Program-made: the position numbers and the translations under genes | The notes under the pieces: generated by a model | Seen by the model: only the letters and a program-made list of their open reading frames with translations | The model's database searches: none | Told to the model about the DNA's origin: nothing | Assembly: GCF_044360685.1 (NCBI RefSeq) | Contig: NZ_CP043491.1 | Location: 7,499,542-7,531,541, forward strand | Reading direction: 5' to 3' | DNA: 32,000 nucleotides | Source: Cystobacter fuscus | GTDB taxonomy: Bacteria; Myxococcota; Myxococcia; Myxococcales; Myxococcaceae | Shown here: piece by piece, positions 24,488-30,014 of the stretch | Numbering within the stretch: the stretch's first letter is position 1 | How the letters are laid out: each line of letters opens with the position of its first letter

Positions 24488-24685
24488 ACAGCCCTGGGTA
24501 GGTCTCCTGGCTCGTGGATTCAGAGCGCCTGACGGCGTTCAGCGCCACCTCCACCTTCCCCGACGCCGAGGCATCGAGTGGTGACTTCGGAGGTAGCTCC
24601 CCACTGACAGTGGCGGGACCGCGCCGGACTCACACCGGCTTCCCTGTTATGCCCGTGATAGCGGGCACCCCTGGCTATGGATTCA
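24488..24685 (-). promoter_or_regulatory. cobalamin (AdoCbl) riboswitch
   Basis: The minus strand reads ...CCAGGGGTGCCCGCTATCACGGGCATAACAGGGAAGCCGGTGTGAGTCCGGCGCGGTCCCGCCACTGTCAGTGGGG...GAATCCACGAGCCAGGAGACCTACCCAGGG. This contains the conserved GGGAAGCCGGTG.GA.TCCGGCGCGGTCCCGCCACTGT core and the B12 box GCCAGGAGACCT.CC. A CTCTC-N8-GAGAG hairpin downstream overlaps the cbiM SD region. Confidence 0.92.
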
Positions 24686-24694
24686 ATTGTCGGG

Positions 24695-24727
24695 GGCCAA
24701 GTACCGGAGGCGGCGCGCTTCTGTCAA
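24695..24727 (-). promoter_or_regulatory. candidate sigma-70-type promoter for the riboswitch/cbiM operon
   Basis: A perfect TTGACA sits at 24727..24722 (minus strand), followed after 17-18 nt by GTACTT/TACTTG. The riboswitch begins about 15-20 nt further on. The -10 match is weak, as is usual in high-GC genomes. Confidence 0.35.
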
Positions 24728-24756
24728 CGGAATGCGCCCCCCCTTTTTCTCAAGGA

Positions 24757-25404
24757 CTAAGCATTCCACCACTGGTTCTCCCAGATCAGCTCGTCCAGCG
24801 TCCGGCGCGAGTCCCAACCTTCCAGTTCCAACATCGGCCGCTCATAGAAGGCATCGACATGGCCCAGGCACAGGATGGCGATCGGCTCACTGCCTTCCGG
24901 TGCCCTCAACAACTCCGCCAGCCGGGTGGGCTCGAAGAGTGACACCCAGCCCATGCCAATCCCCTCGGCCCGTGCGGCGAGCCAGAGGTTCTGGATGGCG
25001 CAGCTCGCGGAGGCGAGGTCCATGTTCGGCATGGTGCGCCTGCCGAACACGTAACGCTCGCGTTGATCCATCAGCGCCACGACCCAGAGCTCGGGACATT
25101 CCTTGATGCCCTCGACCTTGAGCCGCAGGAACTCCTCGCCCCGAGCGCCCAACGCCTCGGCGGTACGCGCGCGCTCCTGCTCGACCAGCGCGGCGATGTC
25201 ACCGCGCAGCCGCGCATCCGTGATGCGAATGAAACGCCACGGTTGCATGAAGCCGACGCTCGGCCCGAGATGCGCCGCATGGAGCAGCCGCGCCATGATC
25301 TCCTGAGCGATGGGATCGGACCGGAAGTGGCGCATGTCCCGGCGTTCGCTGATCGCGCGGTAGACGGCTTCTCGTTCCGCGGGAGAAAAGCGGTGTTTCG
25401 TCAT
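24757..25404 (-). CDS. bluB: 5,6-dimethylbenzimidazole synthase
   Basis: 215 aa of the nitroreductase fold, with ERREAVYRAI-like FSPAEREAVYRAISERRDMRHF, GPSVGFMQPWRF, NMDLASASCAIQNLWLAARAEGIGMGWVS and CLGHV, matching the BluB subfamily pattern. Confidence 0.92.
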   Translation of the reverse strand: MTKHRFSPAEREAVYRAISERRDMRHFRSDPIAQEIMARLLHAAHLGPSVGFMQPWRFIRITDARLRGDIAALVEQERARTAEALGARGEEFLRLKVEGIKECPELWVVALMDQRERYVFGRRTMPNMDLASASCAIQNLWLAARAEGIGMGWVSLFEPTRLAELLRAPEGSEPIAILCLGHVDAFYERPMLELEGWDSRRTLDELIWENQWWNA

Positions 25405-25472
25405 GAATCGTCAAGCCCCTGGCAAGCCCTTTCTCGCGGCGCTCCATACCACCGCTCGCCCTGCCCGGCGGC

Positions 25473-26108
25473 TCAGCCGAACGTCATGTTCATCAACTTC
25501 ACGATGGGCACGTCCCCGTGGAAGTCGATGATGTTCACCGCCGAGTACCCCTGCTCCAGCCGGAACAGGTGGGCGTCCGGCAGGCCCAGCGCCTCGGCGA
25601 GCAACGTCCGGTTCACGCCGCCGTGCGACACCAGCACGAACGTCTCTCCCGCTTGCCGCGAGCGCAGCGCCCGGGCCGCCGACGACACCCGCTCGCGCAG
25701 CTCCGGGTAGCTCTCGCCCTCCGGGAAGCGCACCCGCGTGGGATACGCCATCCACTCCGCGAAGACCTCGGGGTAGCGCTTCTCCACCTCTTCATAGGTG
25801 AGGCCCTCGAGCAGACCGAAGTCGAGTTCCTGGAACGCCGCCTCCGTGTCCACCGCCAGCCCCTTGAGTTGCGCCAGCGGGGCCGCGCTCTCCACCGCGC
25901 GCCGCAGCGGGCTCGCGTAGACGCGTGACAGGGGGGCCTCGGCCAGGAACCGCGCGGCGTGCTCGGCCTGCACCCGGCCCGAGGAGGACAGCCCCACGTC
26001 CAGCCGCCCGTAGCACCGGCCCCGCGCTTCCTCCACCGGCTGCCCGTGCCGCACCAGCACCATGCGCGTCACGCCCTTCGCGAGTCGCCAGTCCACGTTC
26101 GCTCCCAT
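25473..26108 (-). CDS. cobC: histidine phosphatase family protein, probable alpha-ribazole-5'-phosphate phosphatase
   Basis: 211 aa with the catalytic LVRHGQ (RHG) and LVSHGGV motifs of the phosphoglycerate-mutase-like superfamily. The function is inferred from adjacency to bluB. A strong SD GGAGGAGGAGGGGAGG lies 5-7 nt upstream of ATG 26108. An alternative start M16 sits at 26063. Confidence 0.7.
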   Translation of the reverse strand: MGANVDWRLAKGVTRMVLVRHGQPVEEARGRCYGRLDVGLSSSGRVQAEHAARFLAEAPLSRVYASPLRRAVESAAPLAQLKGLAVDTEAAFQELDFGLLEGLTYEEVEKRYPEVFAEWMAYPTRVRFPEGESYPELRERVSSAARALRSRQAGETFVLVSHGGVNRTLLAEALGLPDAHLFRLEQGYSAVNIIDFHGDVPIVKLMNMTFG

Positions 26109-26130
26109 CGTGCCTCCCCTCCTCCTCCAT

Positions 26131-27387
26131 TCAAGGGGCTCCGAACGTATCCTCCCAAAGCTGCTGCCCCTCGGGGGACAGCCCGAAGGTCCACAGGTCC
26201 GTTTTGCCCGCCCCCTTGGAGTTCGTCACGCCCACGACCACGAGGCTCTCATCCGCCAGGCGCGCGATGCCGTTGCCCATGTCGTTTCCATCTCCCTCAT
26301 AGGTCCGCTGCCAGAGCAGGTGGCCGTCCGCGGAGAAACGCCAGACCTTGGCCTCCCGGTCGACCAGCAGTTCCTTCCAGGAGTAGCCCGTCACGGCGAT
26401 TCCCCCATCGGGCAAGACGGTCAAGGCCCGGCCTGCCTCCGCCTGGGGATCATCGGGAACGTAATCCCAGAGAAGCGTGCCTCGAGGATCCATGCGGACG
26501 ACCCAGAGCGACCCATCCGGAGAGTCCGGACGGCTCCGTCGACCTGTCGCGACGAGCCCTCCATCCGGCAGCAAGGCGAGCGCGTTCAGCTCTCCCTGGC
26601 CCTCGACCGGCAGTTGCTGCTCCGCGGTGGCCCGGCCATCGGATTGCAGCAGCAACAGCCTCGAGATTCCCAATCCGGTGGTCGAGGTCTCCGCCGTTCC
26701 CATGACGGCCACACGCTGAGCGGGGAGCGACACCAGGGCGGTGATGTGCTCGAGCCGTGGAAGATTCACTTCCCAGAGCAGCTCGCCCTGGGTGCTCACC
26801 CGCACCACCCAGCCCGCTCCGTCCTGGTCTCCGCCCGCGACAATGGATCCATCCTCGAGCACCGAGACGGCATTGAATCCGTTGAGGCCTTCGTGGCCCG
26901 GGGTTCGCTCCCAGAGCGTCTCTCCGTCCGGGGAGAGCGCGAGAAGCCATCCTCGGAATCGGCCTACCGCGACCTGCTCCTCTCCCGCGACGACGAGCCC
27001 CCCTCCTGGCAGCAAGGCGATGGCTCGGCCCAGGGTGGCGGTGCCGAGTGCTCTCGTTCCATAGACCTTCTCCCAGCGGGGGGGCGGAGCCTTATTGAAG
27101 TGGAGCACCCAGGCTTGCCGAACCCCGGGTTGACGGGAGTTGGTGTGGCCGACCACGGAGAATCCGCTTCCGGTCGCGACGATCCCCTCGGCCGACTCGT
27201 GTCCAGTGCTGTTGCGCCGCTCGACTTCTCGCGCCCAATCCAGGTCATCGTGTCCTATCGTCGGAGGAAGCACCGCGCTCGTCCGAGACCAGAAGAGGAG
27301 CGCCGCGATCAGCAGCCCCAGGGCAGCCAGTGCCACCCTCCATCCAAGTGTCCCGGGGACGTCGTTCTTGGGAACCGTTGTGCCCAC
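26131..27387 (-). CDS. membrane-anchored seven-repeat beta-propeller-like protein (PQQ/BamB-like repeats), unknown function
   Basis: ORF 26131..27417. The preferred start is GTG 27387..27385, which shares one nt with the upstream TAG (TAGTG) and lies 11-15 nt after AAGGAGCGGAG. An N-terminal TM helix (WRVALAALGLLIAALLFW) is followed by seven repeats of about 43-46 aa of the form LLPDGG-hVhhG ... G..LW (e.g. ALLPGGGLVVAG..DGETLWERT, TVLPDGGIAVTG..DGHLLWQRT). Confidence 0.7.
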   Translation of the reverse strand: MGTTVPKNDVPGTLGWRVALAALGLLIAALLFWSRTSAVLPPTIGHDDLDWAREVERRNSTGHESAEGIVATGSGFSVVGHTNSRQPGVRQAWVLHFNKAPPPRWEKVYGTRALGTATLGRAIALLPGGGLVVAGEEQVAVGRFRGWLLALSPDGETLWERTPGHEGLNGFNAVSVLEDGSIVAGGDQDGAGWVVRVSTQGELLWEVNLPRLEHITALVSLPAQRVAVMGTAETSTTGLGISRLLLLQSDGRATAEQQLPVEGQGELNALALLPDGGLVATGRRSRPDSPDGSLWVVRMDPRGTLLWDYVPDDPQAEAGRALTVLPDGGIAVTGYSWKELLVDREAKVWRFSADGHLLWQRTYEGDGNDMGNGIARLADESLVVVGVTNSKGAGKTDLWTFGLSPEGQQLWEDTFGAP

Positions 27388-28832
27388 TAAAACCAACTCC
27401 GCTCCTTGGTAACCCACTGCGTGCGCAGCGGCTCGGGCAGCCCCAGATCCCTAACGGCCTCCAGGATGGTGTCATCGTCACAGACGAGGGTGAAGATCCG
27501 CTGCCATTCCGGAGTATGAAGCCTGTTCTTCTCGGCCTGACTGAAGGGGCGGATGATGGGGGCGAGCTCGCTGTACCGTAGGCCAATCCACGGCCCATTG
27601 TTTTCCCCACCAATGTATCCGCTCAGGAAACGCATCTGTGCCTCAAGGCTGATGCGCCAAGTGCTCAGAAGGGAGAACACGACTGAACGGGAGCCGAGAC
27701 GGCAACGCACGGAGTAACGGTCCCCATCGGGTCTCCGATCCCGTAGGAGTTCGGCCTGTTCGGCGGTCGTCAGCCGCCGCAGGAGCGCATCAACTTGTTC
27801 ACCGAGCCACCTCGCGCCAACGCCGCCACCATCGAGCGCGGCATCGAGCCGGTGGAGGTTGGGACGAGTGCGCACTCGGCTCAGCTCGGTGCCACTCTTG
27901 TAACCGGCCGAGACCGTTGGGCGCTTGTCGACCGCCGGGTTGTAGCCCGTGCCGCCAGGGGTGAACAGATTGCCCAGGGTCATTCCGTAGTGCCAGCGAT
28001 CATCAATGGAAGTAAGCGCGGTGCCCGTGAAGGCGGGGACGCGGCCTCCCCGGACATAAGGCAGCTCTTCCTTCACCTCGGCGCCAGGTGAGACGTGCGC
28101 GACGGCACCAGGCAGCCCTTGAAGGCGAGCAATCCGGTTGAGCTGGGTGCGCGTGGCTTGGGAGACCCCATCGTAGAGCGGTTGGATGAGGGTCTGCTCC
28201 TCGGAGAGGGTGCGCATGTCCCACTCAAAGGCGGGACGGCCTTGAAGCTGGCGCGCCACGAGTTCATGCAGTTTGGGAAAGACGTTGTCGAAGATGACCT
28301 GATTGCCCTCGCGCATCATCCCCTGAAGCTCATTGCCGACAGTCCCAGCCATATGGCCCAGGTCCTCTATGGCCGCGTTCATGATGGCGACTTCATGCGC
28401 ACCTGTGGCCACGATGGACGCAGCGAGCGCCCACCGCGCCTCGCACCCCTGGTCGACCGAGTATTTGTAGAACCAGAGATAGAAATCCCGTCGCTCAATG
28501 ATGCGCGTGTAGCGACGGAAGTTGTTCGCCTTCAGGTTGTAGAGGCATGCATCCTGCCAGCGTTGAGTGCGATTCACCCGATCGCTTTCCGTCCAGTCTC
28601 CTGGAGAGGACGGTGTGCTGCTGGATAGGCTCGGGCCCTCCACCTTGCGCAGCGACATGTTCTTCGCAAGGCGAGTCTGTGCGGGAAGGAGCTGAGGCTG
28701 CGCGGTCTTGAGCAGTGTCACGAGGTGAGCCGAATTGGATGGGCAGATGGGTATCCGATTCTGGAACTGACGCTTGCAGCTACGACACTCAAAAGTATTC
28801 ACGCGTCGCGTTCCCCCGAAGTCCCCACTCAT
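27387..28832 (-). CDS. hypothetical protein, Cys-containing N-terminus, no recognised domain
   Basis: ORF 27387..28892 (501 aa from a GTG). The preferred start is ATG 28832 (MSGDFGG...), because a terminator and promoter-like sequence occupy 28833-28960. The N-terminus FECRSCKRQFQNRIPICPSNSAH has a C-x2-C-x10-C-x5-H arrangement, followed by a Ser/Pro linker and a domain of about 400 aa with no motif I can place. GC is 56-59% in two 100-nt hand counts, versus about 74% in the B12 genes. Confidence 0.65.
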   Translation of the reverse strand: MSGDFGGTRRVNTFECRSCKRQFQNRIPICPSNSAHLVTLLKTAQPQLLPAQTRLAKNMSLRKVEGPSLSSSTPSSPGDWTESDRVNRTQRWQDACLYNLKANNFRRYTRIIERRDFYLWFYKYSVDQGCEARWALAASIVATGAHEVAIMNAAIEDLGHMAGTVGNELQGMMREGNQVIFDNVFPKLHELVARQLQGRPAFEWDMRTLSEEQTLIQPLYDGVSQATRTQLNRIARLQGLPGAVAHVSPGAEVKEELPYVRGGRVPAFTGTALTSIDDRWHYGMTLGNLFTPGGTGYNPAVDKRPTVSAGYKSGTELSRVRTRPNLHRLDAALDGGGVGARWLGEQVDALLRRLTTAEQAELLRDRRPDGDRYSVRCRLGSRSVVFSLLSTWRISLEAQMRFLSGYIGGENNGPWIGLRYSELAPIIRPFSQAEKNRLHTPEWQRIFTLVCDDDTILEAVRDLGLPEPLRTQWVTKERSWF

Positions 28833-28915
28833 GTGTGCCCAGACGACGACTATCCATCGCGAGGAACCGTGCCAGCAAGCGCCGTTCACCACCTACGCCT
28901 CTAACTGGCCCGGCC

Positions 28916-28960
28916 CTGAAAACACGAACGCCCGGGAGCCCCAACGAGGGCCACCGGGCG
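28916..28960 (-). terminator. candidate intrinsic terminator downstream of the phasin-like gene
   Basis: The minus strand reads CGCCCGG-tggccctcgttggggct-CCGGGCG followed by TTCGTGTTTTC. This is a GC-rich 7-bp outer stem (with extra inner pairs) and a T-rich tail, 29 nt after the TAA stop at 28989. Confidence 0.5.
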
Positions 28961-28988
28961 GCTTCGTCTCCAACGGGGGATTCGCAGC

Positions 28989-29849
28989 TTACGCCTTGGG
29001 CGTCTCCTGCTGCTTCGGCTCCGCCGGCTTCGCGGGCGACACGAGCGAATCCAGCCGGCTCGTCAGCCGATCCAGCTCGCGGTTGATCGCGCTCACCTGG
29101 GACTGGCTCGCCACCCCGCCCACCACCTGGATCATCTGGCTGCGCAGCCCCGTCAGCCGCTGACGCACCTCACCGCCCACCCAGCTCGCCTGCTTCTCCA
29201 GCTTCTGCACGGTGGGGTTGGCGCGCAGATCGTTCACGTTCAGCATCCCCAGCACCTCGCGGCGCGACTCCCGGCCGATCGTCGCCAGCGTCTGCAGCGC
29301 CTTCTGCGCATCCGCCTCGATCTGCCCCAGCTGCTTCTGGGCCTGCTCCAGGCGCACCTTCACGAAGGACGCCACCTGACCCGCCGCCTCGGTCACCGCC
29401 GTCTCGGCCTTGGCCGCCTCGGCCTTGGCCGCCTCGGCCGCCTTGCCCGCGGCCGCCTCGGCCTTGCCCGCGGCCTCGGCCACCGTCTGGGCCGCCTTCT
29501 GCGCCACGGCCTCCACCTTCTCCGCCGCCTTCTGCGCCACGGCCTCCACCTTCTCCGCCGCCTTCTGCGTCACGGCCTCCGCCTTCTCGACGGCCTTCTG
29601 CGCCGCGGCCTCCACTCGGCCCGCGGCCGTCTGCGCCGCGTTCTCCGCCACCACGGCCGCCGTCTGCGCCGCGGCCTCCGCCGCAACCGCCGTCTCACTC
29701 ACCGTCTGGGCCGCCTCACTCACCGTCTCGGCCGCCGTCTGCGCCGCGGCCTCCACCTTCTCCTCCACGTCCTTCACCGGCTGTGCGGGCTCGGCGGCCT
29801 GGGGAGCGTGCGACTGATGGGATTTCGAGTGCTTGTGGTGCTTCGCCAT
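28989..29849 (-). CDS. phasin-like / coiled-coil protein with Ala-rich 11-residue tandem repeats
   Basis: 286 aa. The N-terminus MAKHHKHSKSHQSH is His/Lys-rich. The central region holds A/E/K/Q/V-rich repeats (AEKVEAVAQKA x3 exact). The C-terminal 110 aa end in ...VASQSQVSAINRELDRLTSRLDSL, resembling the C-terminus of PHA-granule phasin family proteins. GGAGG SD lies 11 nt upstream of ATG 29849. Confidence 0.7.
   Translation of the reverse strand: MAKHHKHSKSHQSHAPQAAEPAQPVKDVEEKVEAAAQTAAETVSEAAQTVSETAVAAEAAAQTAAVVAENAAQTAAGRVEAAAQKAVEKAEAVTQKAAEKVEAVAQKAAEKVEAVAQKAAQTVAEAAGKAEAAAGKAAEAAKAEAAKAETAVTEAAGQVASFVKVRLEQAQKQLGQIEADAQKALQTLATIGRESRREVLGMLNVNDLRANPTVQKLEKQASWVGGEVRQRLTGLRSQMIQVVGGVASQSQVSAINRELDRLTSRLDSLVSPAKPAEPKQQETPKA
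29491..29622. repeat. 33-bp tandem repeat (about 4 copies, first two identical) inside the phasin-like gene
   Basis: GCCGCCTTCTGCGCCACGGCCTCCACCTTCTCC occurs at 29491-29523 and again at 29524-29556. Progressively diverged copies sit at 29557-29589 and 29590-29622. The repeat is in frame (11 codons). A wider degenerate Ala-codon repeat zone spans about 29400-29770. Confidence 0.85.
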
Positions 29850-29882
29850 GTGTTTGAAACCTCCGCAAGGGTAAGTACCCCA

Positions 29883-29911
29883 GTGCTAACGCGTCGCGTT
29901 AGGGCCGTCAA
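29883..29911 (-). promoter_or_regulatory. candidate promoter of the phasin-like gene with a palindromic operator in the spacer
   Basis: The minus strand reads TTGACG (29911..29906), a 17-nt spacer, then TAGCAC (29888..29883). The spacer holds the perfect 8-1-8 palindrome CTAACGCG-T-CGCGTTAG (29886-29902). Confidence 0.35.
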
Positions 29912-30014
29912 CCCCCCATGACGCGATGAGACGAGAATCAGGCGGCTTCCGACTCCAGCGGGCCGGCGTGTTAGCTCTGGTGCCTCCTCTCCCACCCCTC
30001 CGGAGAACCCATCC

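Noticed and set aside
24711-24750. Plus-strand GGCGC...GCGCC stem followed by C8T5, resembling an intrinsic terminator
   Set aside because: No plus-strand gene ends here. On the relevant minus strand the run reads A5G8 upstream of the stem, so it cannot act as a terminator for bluB.
28856-28876. Sigma-54-like element TGGCACGGTTCCTCGCG upstream of ATG 28832
   Set aside because: The -24 half (TGGCAC) is good, but the -12 half is CTCGC and not TTGCW, and the GG-to-GC spacing is off by one. A weak sigma-70-like TTGCTG-N18-GATAGT overlaps it. Neither is strong enough to report as a feature.
26131-28892. Low-GC pair considered as a mobile element or genomic island with recognisable mobility genes
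   Set aside because: I could find no integrase, transposase, tRNA attachment site, inverted terminal repeats or flanking direct repeats by eye. Only the compositional shift supports foreign origin, so it is reported as a finding and not as a mobile_element feature.
29400-29770. Repeat-dense region, checked as a possible CRISPR array or satellite
   Set aside because: The units are contiguous with no unique spacers, are 33 bp long and in frame, and encode an Ala-rich 11-mer repeat inside a well-supported ORF. This is a coding tandem repeat, not a CRISPR array.
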